This document shows, piece by piece, positions 19,855 through 29,660 of a stretch of DNA of 53,217 bases. Each line of letters begins with the position of its first letter. The stretch's first letter is position 1. The notes below the pieces were generated by a model. That model saw nothing but the letters and a program-made list of their open reading frames with translations, was not told the DNA's origin and did no database searches. A program made the translations under genes and the position numbers. Source of the DNA: Fidelibacterota bacterium (lineage in GTDB: Bacteria > Fidelibacterota > Marinisomatia > Marinisomatales > Marinisomataceae); assembly GCA_036165075.1 (NCBI GenBank), contig JAYZIW010000025.1, forward strand, positions 1-53,217, given 5' to 3'.

Positions 19855-22391
19855 TATAATTTCTCCGTTTCAGATTTTACTAACTTATTAACTTTATCCT
19901 TAATATCAATTAAAGAGAAATCTGCAGATGCTCCAGCCGTAGCAAAATCATCTTTCCCTCCACCTCCACCATCTAACTCTTTTCCAATAAGTTTTGCCAA
20001 AGAAGATGCAGATAGAGATTTTCCAATCAAATCTTTTGATACGCTAATGGAAACCATAGGTTTTTCATCAATAATTGCTGAAAAAACAGCAATACCTGAA
20101 ACAAATTTTGCATCTAATTTTTTATTAAGTTTCTTTAAGTCATTAATTGAACCTATAACAACTGACTCATTGATAAATTGAATATTATTTAAACTATTTT
20201 GATTCTGAATAATCTTATCAATATCAATAGCATTTAACATTTCTGATTGATTCTTTTTCTCGAGTTCTCTTTTTTGTGAAGCTTCTTTTAATTGATTGAT
20301 GACATCCATTTCATTCTGAATATGAGCGGTAACATGCTCACCAGTAAGTGCATGAACTCTTCTAACTCCAGATGCAATAGCTTTTTCGCTTGTTATCATA
20401 AAATTATTAATCTCACCAGTAGCTGAAACATGAGTACCTCCACATAATTCTTTGGAAAAAGACCCCATTGTCAATACTCTCACTTTATCGCCATATTTTT
20501 CCCCAAACAATGCTGTAGCACCTTCTTTTTTTGCTTCTTCTAATGTCTTTATATCTGTCTTTACACTGATATCTTCTGCAATCTTATTTTTGACAATCAA
20601 TTCAATAGCTTCAATTTCTTTTTTATCAATTCTAGAAGGATGAGTAATATCTAATCTGAGATAATCGGGATGTACTAAAGACCCTGCTTGATTCACATGA
20701 TCGCCTAAAACATCCTTAAGTGCTTGATGTAATAAGTGAGTTGCTGAATGATTAATCTTGATATCTCCTCTTCTCGTTGAATCTATTTGACAAGAGACAT
20801 TCATATCTTGTGATATAGCTCCTTTCTGGAGACTACATACATGGATAATAAAATCTCCATCTCTCTGCGTATCGAGTACATTAAAAGAAAAATCTTGATT
20901 TTCTATATTTCCAGTGTCCCCAATTTGACCTCCTGATTCAGCATAAAATGGAGTCTTATCTAAAACAATATACACTTTATCATCAATATCAGCCCAATTC
21001 ACAATCTTGCTAGAGCTTTTCTCTTCGCTATATCCAATAAAACTGGAATGTGGTGCATCGCTACTAATCTTCCACTTAATACCTGCACTATCCATAACAA
21101 ACTTTTGACTCTTTTTAGCAAGATCTTTCTGTTTTTTCATTTCTGCTTCGAAACCTTGCGTATCCACTGTTTTTCCTTTTTCTGAGGCCATTAACTCTGT
21201 TAAATCTAAAGGAAATCCGTAAGTATCATATAATTTAAAGGCATCAGCTCCGCTTATATTTTCAGAATTAGAATTTTTGATTATTTTTTCAAATTGAATA
21301 ATTCCTTTCTCTAGCGTAGTTAAGAAGGATTCTTCCTCGCTAAGTATAGTCTGCTCTATATGCTTTTGCTTATCTTTTAGCTCTGGATAGGTATCCGACA
21401 TTGTTGCAACAACTGATTCAACTAATTTATATAAAATTGGCCCTTCATTATTAAGATCCATTGCAAATCTTGATCCCCTTCTAAGAACTCTTCTAACCAC
21501 ATAACCTCTGCCTTCATTTGATGGCAATACTCCGTCAGCAATTGCAAATGATAGCATTCTAATATGATCGCATATAACATTATATGCGACTTCATTATCT
21601 GCATAACTTGTGTTAGATATTTTCTCTAAATCAGATATGGTCTTTGCAAATAAATCTGTTTTATAATTTGAATTTTTATTTTGTAATACTGAACAGATTC
21701 TTTCTAACCCAGCTCCAGTATCAACATGTTTTTTTGGCAAATCTTCGAAGGTTCCATCTTGTAGGCGATTACTTTGTATAAATACTAGATTCCATAACTC
21801 CCAATACTCATCAGAGTTATTTACATGTTTAGCTTCTTGACTATCAACGTCATCTCCTACATAGTAATGTATCTCTGAACATGGTCCACAAGGACCTGTT
21901 TCTGCCATTTCCCAGAAATTATCTTTTGCTCCAGATCTTACAATGCGACTTTTATCAATATCGGTTTCTTTCTCCCACAGATCATATGCTTCATCATCGT
22001 CTTCAAATACTGTCACCCAAAGACGTGATTTGTCTAATTTCCATACATCAGTAAATAATTCCCAAGACCACTTAATCGCTTCTTTTTTATAATAATCTCC
22101 AAAAGACCAATTCCCTAGCATTTCAAAAAAAGTATGGTGAAATCCATCTCTTCCTACTTCTTCTAAGTCATTATGCTTACCGCTAACTCTAATACATTTT
22201 TGACTATTTACTACACGTAAGTGTTTTGGTTTTTCTGTATCTAAAAAAATTGGTTTGAATTGATTCATTCCAGCGTTTGTAAAAAGAAGTGACTTGTCGC
22301 CGTGCGGTAATACAGGAGCGCTAGAAACCTTATGATGGTTTTTACCTTCAAAAAAGTTAATAAATGATTTTCTAATTTCTTTGCTGTTCAT
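19854..22391 (-). CDS. alaS: Alanine--tRNA ligase
   Basis: 845 aa. HHTFFEMLGNWSFGDYYK, editing-domain HSATHLLH and CGGTH, C-terminal GGGGGK DHHA1 motif. Confidence 0.95.
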   Translation of the reverse strand: MNSKEIRKSFINFFEGKNHHKVSSAPVLPHGDKSLLFTNAGMNQFKPIFLDTEKPKHLRVVNSQKCIRVSGKHNDLEEVGRDGFHHTFFEMLGNWSFGDYYKKEAIKWSWELFTDVWKLDKSRLWVTVFEDDDEAYDLWEKETDIDKSRIVRSGAKDNFWEMAETGPCGPCSEIHYYVGDDVDSQEAKHVNNSDEYWELWNLVFIQSNRLQDGTFEDLPKKHVDTGAGLERICSVLQNKNSNYKTDLFAKTISDLEKISNTSYADNEVAYNVICDHIRMLSFAIADGVLPSNEGRGYVVRRVLRRGSRFAMDLNNEGPILYKLVESVVATMSDTYPELKDKQKHIEQTILSEEESFLTTLEKGIIQFEKIIKNSNSENISGADAFKLYDTYGFPLDLTELMASEKGKTVDTQGFEAEMKKQKDLAKKSQKFVMDSAGIKWKISSDAPHSSFIGYSEEKSSSKIVNWADIDDKVYIVLDKTPFYAESGGQIGDTGNIENQDFSFNVLDTQRDGDFIIHVCSLQKGAISQDMNVSCQIDSTRRGDIKINHSATHLLHQALKDVLGDHVNQAGSLVHPDYLRLDITHPSRIDKKEIEAIELIVKNKIAEDISVKTDIKTLEEAKKEGATALFGEKYGDKVRVLTMGSFSKELCGGTHVSATGEINNFMITSEKAIASGVRRVHALTGEHVTAHIQNEMDVINQLKEASQKRELEKKNQSEMLNAIDIDKIIQNQNSLNNIQFINESVVIGSINDLKKLNKKLDAKFVSGIAVFSAIIDEKPMVSISVSKDLIGKSLSASSLAKLIGKELDGGGGGKDDFATAGASADFSLIDIKDKVNKLVKSETEKL

Positions 22392-22437
22392 CGATAAAGT
22401 GTTTCATATGAATCTAAACAAATAATATATTCATTAG

Positions 22438-23052
22438 GTGAAAAATAATCTAACAATAACTGCATTATTTCTACTTTTTTCTTGTTTTGTGTTTGGACAA
22501 CAAGTCACCATTAATAATCTCGGAATTGATTCTAGAAAAAATGGTACGTTAATTAATATAGGCAGTACAAAAAAAATTGACTTAGAAGATGTAACTGCTT
22601 GGTATTCTTCCGAATGGTTTTATTTAACAGTCTATAATGCTGAGACGGATAGTACAAAATTAGCTGGCCAAGAATTGGGTGGATCAATTACAAAAATTGA
22701 AATAGCAAATAACGAAGAATCTACACAAATAGCTTTAAAATTAAGAAAAGAAATTGAGTCATTTGAAATCACAAATCCAACAAGAAAGAGTATATCTTTT
22801 CTTTTAAGACTATCTCAAGAAGAATCTAAAAAAAGTATTACATTGGATGAGGAAATTCAGACTTTTGCAAAGCAAAACGACGACGATATGAAAAAAGCTA
22901 GAAAGCTAGAAAAGAAAAATAACTCAATTCAAAAAACTGATAGGGCGATAGAACTATCTATATTAGGCGCTATTGTTGCTGCTAGTGATATTACTAATCC
23001 AAGCACTTTTATTCTTGGAGCAATAATTGCTTTATCTACTGTATTCTTTTAA
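22438..23052 (+). CDS. Hypothetical secreted protein with a C-terminal membrane anchor (AMIN-like N-terminal region?)
   Basis: GTG start, signal peptide MKNNLTITALFLLFSCFVFGQQ, charged coiled-coil middle, hydrophobic C-terminus. No confident family assignment. Confidence 0.5.
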   Translation: MKNNLTITALFLLFSCFVFGQQVTINNLGIDSRKNGTLINIGSTKKIDLEDVTAWYSSEWFYLTVYNAETDSTKLAGQELGGSITKIEIANNEESTQIALKLRKEIESFEITNPTRKSISFLLRLSQEESKKSITLDEEIQTFAKQNDDDMKKARKLEKKNNSIQKTDRAIELSILGAIVAASDITNPSTFILGAIIALSTVFF

Positions 23053-23053
23053 T

Positions 23054-23998
23054 CTATAAATCAGCATACTTATCAGTATACTCAATGAGTTTATTTTTAA
23101 TACCTTCTTCATAAATTGAGTGCCCAGCATCAGGAATAATATGAAAATCTGCTTCTGGCCAAGCTTTATGTAGATCCCATGCTTGAACTACTGGACATAT
23201 GATATCGTACCTTCCATGAACAATTACAGCAGGTATATTTCTAATTTTATCAATATTCTCAATTAAATAATTATCAGAATCAAACCAACAATTGTTCATA
23301 AAATAATGGCATTCAATTCTTGCAAACGCTTCCGCAAATTTTTCATCAGAAAAATCTCCAATAAAATTTTCATCTAATAACAACCTGACTGTACTCCCTT
23401 CCCAGGTGCTCCAAGCTTTTGCAGCCTCAATTTTTTTAGAATGATCGTCTCCAGTTAAAATTTCATAATATGCTTTCAATAAATTATTTCTTTTATCAGG
23501 AGAAATAGGAGCAAGAAAAGATTCCCATCTATCAGGAAAAATGTTATTTGCTCCCTCTTGATAAAACCAATCAATTTCTTTTTTTCTTACTAAAAAAATT
23601 CCTCTCAATATTAGCCCTTTGCATGAACTAGGATGTGTTTGGCTATATGCCAAAGATAATGTGCTACCCCAACTCCCACCAAATACCACCCAAGAATCAA
23701 TTCCTAAATGTTTTCGTATTCTCTCAATATCCTCTACTAAATCCCATGTCGTATTTTCTTTTAATTCAGCAAATGGGGTGCTTTTACCACATCCTCTTTG
23801 ATCAAACATAATAATACGCCATTTTTCAGGATCAAAATATTGCCTATACGAAGAACTAATTCCTCCTCCAGGACCTCCATGAAGAAAAATCACAGGTTTT
23901 CCATTCTTGTTCCCTGATTCTTCAACATAAATACTATGCATATCAGATACGGGCAACTGGAAAGAGTTAAATAGTTCAGCGGTTGGATATAAATTCAT
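23054..23998 (-). CDS. pip: Prolyl aminopeptidase (proline iminopeptidase, S33)
   Basis: 314 aa. HGGPGGG, nucleophile elbow GGSWGSTL, C-terminal DAGHS. Confidence 0.88.
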   Translation of the reverse strand: MNLYPTAELFNSFQLPVSDMHSIYVEESGNKNGKPVIFLHGGPGGGISSSYRQYFDPEKWRIIMFDQRGCGKSTPFAELKENTTWDLVEDIERIRKHLGIDSWVVFGGSWGSTLSLAYSQTHPSSCKGLILRGIFLVRKKEIDWFYQEGANNIFPDRWESFLAPISPDKRNNLLKAYYEILTGDDHSKKIEAAKAWSTWEGSTVRLLLDENFIGDFSDEKFAEAFARIECHYFMNNCWFDSDNYLIENIDKIRNIPAVIVHGRYDIICPVVQAWDLHKAWPEADFHIIPDAGHSIYEEGIKNKLIEYTDKYADL

Positions 23999-24093
23999 GA
24001 CAGAACTTAATTAATATAAATTATATTTTTAATAGTTAATAAATTTGTTGCCCATTAATAAGAATTCCGTAATTTTACTGCGTCTTTAATGAT

Positions 24094-25206
24094 ATGAAAA
24101 TTGGTGTATTAAGAGAAAGCAAAGCTGGTGAAAAGAGAGTAGCCATTATACCCTCTACAGTTTCAGCGCTTACAAAAAAGGGCTATTCTTTTGTCATACA
24201 AAAAAATGCTGGCCAAGCATCAAATTACTCGGATAATCTATACATCGATGCTGGAGCAACCATTGGTGAGTCTCAAGATGTATTTAATTGTGATATTGTG
24301 GTAAAAGTAAATACTCCTTCTAGCGATGAAATTTCATCGTTAAATAGTACGACTCTTCTTATTTCATTATTTCAAACAATTAAAGAAATTGATTTGGTAA
24401 AACAATTAAAATGTTCTGCCTTCTCTTTAAATCTTTTACCAAGAACAACGTTAGCTCAAAAAATGGATATCTTGAGTTCACAAGCAAATATTGCTGGCTA
24501 TAAAGCTGTCTTAATTGGAGCAGATCATATTGGTAAGTATATGCCACTATTAATGACTGCGGCAGGAACAATATCTCCTTCAAGAACTCTTGTTATTGGA
24601 GCTGGTGTTGCTGGTTTACAAGCTATTGCAACGGCCAAAAGATTGGGAGCTCAAGTAGAAGCATTTGATGTAAGACCTGAAGTAAAAGAGCAAGTAGAAA
24701 GTTTAGGTGCTAAATTTGTCGAAGTAGAAAGTGATAGTGATGATGGAGTTGGAGATGGTGGATATGCAAAAGAAACAAGTGAGGCATACAAACAAAAACA
24801 GCAAGAGCTGATGAAAGAAAGAATTTCTAAATCTGACTTAGTCATTACGACTGCGCTAATTCCAAATAGACCTGCACCAGTATTGATTCCAACAAATATG
24901 GTAGAATCTATGATGCCTGGATCTGTTATTATGGATTTAGCATCTGAAAATGGTGGAAATTGTGAATTAACGAATGCTGATGAAGTAGTAAATCATAATG
25001 GTGTCTTAATTGACGGAAATACAAACCTTCCAAGTACCATGGCCACACATGCTAGTCAGCTTTTCTCGAAAAATGTTGAGGCAATAATTGATCATTGCCA
25101 TACTGAAGAAGGATTTAAATTAAATAAAGAAGATGAAATTATTGATGGAATGCTCTTTATTGAAAATGGTGAAGTAAGAAATCAAGCAACAAAAGAGGTT
25201 ATGTAA
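24094..25206 (+). CDS. pntAA: NAD(P) transhydrogenase subunit alpha, part 1
   Basis: 370 aa AlaDH/PNT fold. GAGVAGLQAIATAKRLGA NAD-binding loop and GGYAKE motif. Confidence 0.92.
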   Translation: MKIGVLRESKAGEKRVAIIPSTVSALTKKGYSFVIQKNAGQASNYSDNLYIDAGATIGESQDVFNCDIVVKVNTPSSDEISSLNSTTLLISLFQTIKEIDLVKQLKCSAFSLNLLPRTTLAQKMDILSSQANIAGYKAVLIGADHIGKYMPLLMTAAGTISPSRTLVIGAGVAGLQAIATAKRLGAQVEAFDVRPEVKEQVESLGAKFVEVESDSDDGVGDGGYAKETSEAYKQKQQELMKERISKSDLVITTALIPNRPAPVLIPTNMVESMMPGSVIMDLASENGGNCELTNADEVVNHNGVLIDGNTNLPSTMATHASQLFSKNVEAIIDHCHTEEGFKLNKEDEIIDGMLFIENGEVRNQATKEVM

Positions 25207-25475
25207 TGGATATTAATTTAATAACAATATTCATTTTAGCAGTATTTGTAGGTAATGAAATTATTAACAAAGTACCCCCAACTCTTCATACACCTTTAAT
25301 GTCTGGTTCAAATGCTATATCGGGTATTGCAATTGTTGGTGCTTTATTAGCGATTAGCACTGATGGGCAAGTTAGTACTTATCTTGGATTGGCTGCATTG
25401 ATTTGTGCAACAATTAATGTTGTAGGTGGATTTTTAGTAACTGACAGAATGTTAAAAATGTTTAAGAAAAAATGA
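25206..25475 (+). CDS. pntAB: NAD(P) transhydrogenase subunit alpha, part 2 (membrane)
   Basis: 89 aa, 3 TM segments. ATGA-type overlaps with both flanking pnt genes. Confidence 0.88.
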   Translation: MDINLITIFILAVFVGNEIINKVPPTLHTPLMSGSNAISGIAIVGALLAISTDGQVSTYLGLAALICATINVVGGFLVTDRMLKMFKKK

Positions 25476-26839
25476 ATTTATTTTATATCATATCAGCCGT
25501 TTGTTTTATCCTAGGATTAAAACGTTTATCGCATCCAAAAACTGCGAGAAGTGGAAACTTTCTAGCTGCTCTTGGAATGCTCATTGCTATTGCTGCAACA
25601 TTGGCATCTTCTAATGTATTAGACTTGAAATTAATTGCAATTGGAGTTGGAGTTGGATCTGTCATTGGTTTATTATTTGCAACTAGAGTTCAAATGACAG
25701 AAATGCCTCAGATGGTTGCTATCTTTAATGGTTTAGGTGGAGCTGCATCTGGTCTTGTTGCTTCTTCTGAGTTTTTATCTAATCCAGGTAGTCCATATTT
25801 TATTGTTTGTTTAAGTGTATTTATCGGATCATTAACTTTTACTGGAAGTTTTATTGCTTTTGGTAAATTGCAAGGTCTAATATCTGGAAAAGCTATTACC
25901 TTTAAAGGACAACAAGCTTTAAATGCTATTTTAGCTCTAGGAGCATTATTATTAATTATTTCTCCTAATCTGATTTTTGATTCAAGTATATATGCTGGAT
26001 ATCTTCCTGCATTCTTTGGAGTTATTATCTTAGCACTTCTTTTGGGAATAGGTTTAACAATCCCAATTGGTGGAGCAGATATGCCTGTTGTTATTTCTCT
26101 TCTTAATTCTTATTCAGGAGTTGCTGCTGCTGCAACAGGATTTTTAATAAATAATCAGGCTTTAATTATTAGCGGATCTTTAGTTGGTGCATCCGGTCTA
26201 ATCTTAACAAACATTATGTGTAAAGGTATGAATCGATCTTTAGCTAATGTGATATTCGGTGCTGTTGGGGCTGAAACTTCAGCTGGAAGTTCTGATGGAA
26301 AAGAAATGAACATTAAGAGCTATTCTACAACAGAAGCAGCAATGATTCTAGATGCTGCTGAAAAAATTGTGATTGTACCAGGATATGGACTTGCTGTAGC
26401 ACAAGCACAACATGTTGCAAGAGAAGTAGCTGATACATTAGAAGCTCAAGGTAAACAGGTATTGTATGCTATTCACCCTGTTGCAGGGAGAATGCCGGGC
26501 CATATGAATGTACTTCTCGCTGAAGCAAATGTATCTTATGATTTACTTAAAGATCTAGATGAAATTAATCCTGAGTTTGAAGATTGTGATGTTGCACTGA
26601 TTCTTGGAGCAAATGATGTTGTAAATCCTGCAGCAAGACATGATCAATCAAGCCCTATCTATGGTATGCCAATCCTCAATGTAGATAAATCTCGTACTGT
26701 GATTATCAACAAAAGAAGTATGAATCCAGGGTTTGCAGGTGTACAAAATGAATTATTTGGATATGACAATTCTATCATGGTCTTTGGTGACGCTAAAGAC
26801 ATGCTCAATGATCTTTTAAAAGAAATCAAAGAATTATAA
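25472..26839 (+). CDS. pntB: NAD(P) transhydrogenase subunit beta
   Basis: 455 aa. Polytopic N-terminal half and soluble dIII domain (PGYGLAVAQAQH, AIHPVAGRMPGHMNVLLAEA). Confidence 0.92.
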   Translation: MNLFYIISAVCFILGLKRLSHPKTARSGNFLAALGMLIAIAATLASSNVLDLKLIAIGVGVGSVIGLLFATRVQMTEMPQMVAIFNGLGGAASGLVASSEFLSNPGSPYFIVCLSVFIGSLTFTGSFIAFGKLQGLISGKAITFKGQQALNAILALGALLLIISPNLIFDSSIYAGYLPAFFGVIILALLLGIGLTIPIGGADMPVVISLLNSYSGVAAAATGFLINNQALIISGSLVGASGLILTNIMCKGMNRSLANVIFGAVGAETSAGSSDGKEMNIKSYSTTEAAMILDAAEKIVIVPGYGLAVAQAQHVAREVADTLEAQGKQVLYAIHPVAGRMPGHMNVLLAEANVSYDLLKDLDEINPEFEDCDVALILGANDVVNPAARHDQSSPIYGMPILNVDKSRTVIINKRSMNPGFAGVQNELFGYDNSIMVFGDAKDMLNDLLKEIKEL

Positions 26840-26873
26840 ATCATTTTATAATATATTTTTTCTATATTCAGTA

Positions 26874-27365
26874 ATGTCTCTACCTAGCCTATATGAACTT
26901 GCAGACGAGTTTAAAGAAGCTTTAGAAAGTCTAACAGATCTTGATGACCAGTCTGTAAAAGATACCTTAGAATCTCTTGAAGGAGAATTCAAACTTAAAA
27001 CCACTAATGTTGCAAAATATATTAAGAATCTAGAGCATGCAGCTGAAGGTATCAAAGAGGTAGAGTCTAGACAACATAAAAGAAGGACTTCTATTGAAGC
27101 TAAGATAAAATATTTAAAAGAATATCTAAGACATAACCTAGAAAAAACTAATACCGAGAAAATTGAAAGTGCTGAAATCAGTATTACTATTCAGAAAAAT
27201 CCACACAAAGTTGTTATTACTGATGAAAATTTAATCCCAAGTGATTTTCTTGAAACAAAAGAAGTTCAGTCCATTGATAAGGCTAAAGTAAAAGAGGCAT
27301 TAAAAAATGGAAATGAAGTCCCCGGCTGTGAATTAATTCAAGAAAAACGTGTATCAATTAAATAA
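26874..27365 (+). CDS. Siphovirus Gp157-like protein (phage recombination-module family)
   Basis: 163 aa. LYELADEF...DTLESLEGEF..K..NVAKYIKNLEHAAEGIKEVESR...KIKYLKEYL...ITDENLIPSDF...IDKAKVKEALKNGNEVPGCEL follows the PF05565 pattern as I remember it. Confidence 0.65.
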   Translation: MSLPSLYELADEFKEALESLTDLDDQSVKDTLESLEGEFKLKTTNVAKYIKNLEHAAEGIKEVESRQHKRRTSIEAKIKYLKEYLRHNLEKTNTEKIESAEISITIQKNPHKVVITDENLIPSDFLETKEVQSIDKAKVKEALKNGNEVPGCELIQEKRVSIK

Positions 27366-27380
27366 AGCGAATTTAAAATA

Positions 27381-27983
27381 ATGCTAATAAGAAAGATCGC
27401 AAGACATAGGATGTTAATATTGAGACTATCTATGATTACATTGATAGCTATGACTATTTATGATAATAACATCTTCGTTCCTTACAGTTTAGATGTAAGT
27501 CTTAATACATCTCTCATATTGAGCGTGCTTGGTTTTTTCCTTGTTATGCTAGGAGGGTTTGGACGAATATGGGCTTCGCTATATATTGAAGGATTTAAAA
27601 CAAAAACGCTAATTAAGGAAGGTCCTTACTCCATGGTAAGAAATCCGCTATATGTTTTTAGCTTAATGATATTTACAGGACTCTGTCTTGCAATTAAATC
27701 TATCCCTATTTCAATTGCTCTCATCACTATATTTACTTTATTTCATATCCCAACAATATTAAATGAAGAGAAAACATTGCTTGATACGCATGATGAGTCT
27801 TATAGAGAGTATTATAAATCAACACCGCGATTATTTCCAAATATTTTCAAGTATAGAAAGCCAAAATCTACTGATAGAATAGAAGTCAAAATTGAAAGGA
27901 TCAATAAAAGACTATGGGAAGTGATTGGTTATTTAGTGTTGTTTGTAATTATAGATGGTTACTGGATTTCTAGCTTATTATAG
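27381..27983 (+). CDS. ICMT/PEMT-like membrane methyltransferase family protein
   Basis: 200 aa, 4-5 TM segments. EGPYSMVRNPLYVFSLMIFTG matches the G.Y...R(H/N)P.Y motif of isoprenylcysteine carboxyl methyltransferase-like proteins. Confidence 0.6.
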   Translation: MLIRKIARHRMLILRLSMITLIAMTIYDNNIFVPYSLDVSLNTSLILSVLGFFLVMLGGFGRIWASLYIEGFKTKTLIKEGPYSMVRNPLYVFSLMIFTGLCLAIKSIPISIALITIFTLFHIPTILNEEKTLLDTHDESYREYYKSTPRLFPNIFKYRKPKSTDRIEVKIERINKRLWEVIGYLVLFVIIDGYWISSLL

Positions 27984-27988
27984 AAAAA

Positions 27989-28939
27989 TTATTCTTCTTT
28001 TTCACCGCTAGGCAATAAAAGATCTACTGATTTTTTCAATTTCTTATTTCTAGTAGTAGTGATTTCTTTATAGCTATTAGTAAGTGCATCAATTTGATTT
28101 TCATGCTTCTCTAGTAGAGCTTCCATCTTAGTCCACTCTACCTTGAATTGATTAAAATTATTCTTAAAATCATCAACTTTAGTACTCAAAGTAAAATTAT
28201 GAACTGATGTTTTAAGCATTTGTAACATCGCAAATAATTCAGGTGTTCCAACAAGAATTACTTTCTTTTTTAACGCATCTTCCCAAATATCATAAAACTC
28301 TTTTCTAATAAAATTTAGTACACTTTGACTTGGTACAAACATTAATACAAAATCTACGCTACCTTCTGAAACATCTACATAACCATCTTTCTGCATTTCT
28401 TTGATTCTATCTTTTACATCTTTTTCAAAAGCTTTCTTTTCCGAATCTTTTTCAAATTCGCTATCAGCATTAACCATATCTTTATAATGTTTCAAAGGAA
28501 ATTTTGAATCAAGATTTACATATACTTGATCTGGAAAATAGAACGTATAATCAGGTCTGGCACTACCATATTTTTGCTGTGATTTCCAATGAACATTCTC
28601 TTGTAAACCAAGATTATCAAGGAGCTGTTCAACTCTGTATTCACCTAAACTCCCTCTTTCCTGCGAACTTCTAAAGATTAAATTAAACTCATTAAGAGAT
28701 TTAGTGACTTCTTTCTGGCTATTTTGATAGGTTGTTTCTAATGCTGATTTTGTTTCAGATAACTTATCGCGCAATTCTTTAATATTCTTTTCTGATCCAG
28801 CAAATAATTCTCCTATTGCAGCAAACTGATCAGTAATTTCATTTTCATCTTTTCCCACTGATTTAAATTTCTTATCTATATAAAAAATGAGAAATATGAC
28901 TCCAGCAATTAAAGCAATAAGTAAATAAGTATTAATCAT
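27989..28939 (-). CDS. rmuC: DNA recombination protein RmuC (short form: N-terminal TM + coiled coil + nuclease-fold domain)
   Basis: 316 aa. RPDYTFYFPDQVYVNLDSKFPLKHY and DFVLMFVPSQS blocks are typical of RmuC. ATGA overlap with the upstream nuclease gene. Confidence 0.8.
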   Translation of the reverse strand: MINTYLLIALIAGVIFLIFYIDKKFKSVGKDENEITDQFAAIGELFAGSEKNIKELRDKLSETKSALETTYQNSQKEVTKSLNEFNLIFRSSQERGSLGEYRVEQLLDNLGLQENVHWKSQQKYGSARPDYTFYFPDQVYVNLDSKFPLKHYKDMVNADSEFEKDSEKKAFEKDVKDRIKEMQKDGYVDVSEGSVDFVLMFVPSQSVLNFIRKEFYDIWEDALKKKVILVGTPELFAMLQMLKTSVHNFTLSTKVDDFKNNFNQFKVEWTKMEALLEKHENQIDALTNSYKEITTTRNKKLKKSVDLLLPSGEKEE

Positions 28940-29649
28940 ATCAATTCTTTTTCTCTTAACATATTTATTAGTTCTTCTTCATGATAATTTACAGGAAAAA
29001 TTTCATATCTGTTTTCTTTTAAATGAAAAAGCGTCTGACTTCCAACATTTAGTCCATAATAACGTTCTAAAATATACCTATAGAATGAAAGCTGTAGTGA
29101 ATAGTGATTGAAATTACAGTCTTGCAAATGCGCCGTAGCATTTAAAATACCTACTTTATTTTTATAGGACGTTTTATCAATGCGTTTATTGGTCTTCCAA
29201 TCTACAAGATGGTATGTATCCTGCTTTTTGTTATATACCAACACATCAATTGTACCAGCAATTCCTAATTCTTTTGAATAGATAATTACTTCAGAAAAAA
29301 ACGTGTTATCAGGATCTTTTTGCTTTTCTTTAATCCATGAAGCGCCCACAATAGACATTTCATGTTTTGGTTCGACATTATCCTTAATAAATGATTCTAG
29401 CTCATTGTGAACCACTGTTCCACGTATTGCTCCCTTCCCCCATTCCTTAATAACTTCATCTACTGTTTTACCGCTATATTTTGGGTGAGTATTAATTAGT
29501 TTCTGAGCAATACCAACTTGATCAAATTTCTCAAAAAAATGATGAATAAATTCTGTAACGCTAGAAAAGTTAAAATTAGGAGCATCCTTTAACAGATATT
29601 TATGATTTTTTTGATCAAGAGAAATATCCTTAGTGAATAATTTATTCAT
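28936..29649 (-). CDS. PD-(D/E)XK nuclease, RecB/Cas4-like phage-type exonuclease family (no Fe-S cysteines)
   Basis: 237 aa. N-terminal HKY...SVTEFI, GTVVHNELE, GTIDVLVY...HLVDWKT (D...DxK) and QLSFYRY (QxxxY). Confidence 0.7.
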   Translation of the reverse strand: MNKLFTKDISLDQKNHKYLLKDAPNFNFSSVTEFIHHFFEKFDQVGIAQKLINTHPKYSGKTVDEVIKEWGKGAIRGTVVHNELESFIKDNVEPKHEMSIVGASWIKEKQKDPDNTFFSEVIIYSKELGIAGTIDVLVYNKKQDTYHLVDWKTNKRIDKTSYKNKVGILNATAHLQDCNFNHYSLQLSFYRYILERYYGLNVGSQTLFHLKENRYEIFPVNYHEEELINMLREKELI

Positions 29650-29660
29650 TGTTAAATAAA

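Noticed and set aside
24040-24047. Bacteroidota-type -7 promoter element TAnnTTTG (TAAATTTG) upstream of pntAA
   Set aside because: It is a single 8-mer match in AT-rich DNA with no TTTG -33 element at the expected distance. Clear SD sequences elsewhere suggest the organism may not follow the classical Bacteroidota expression signals.
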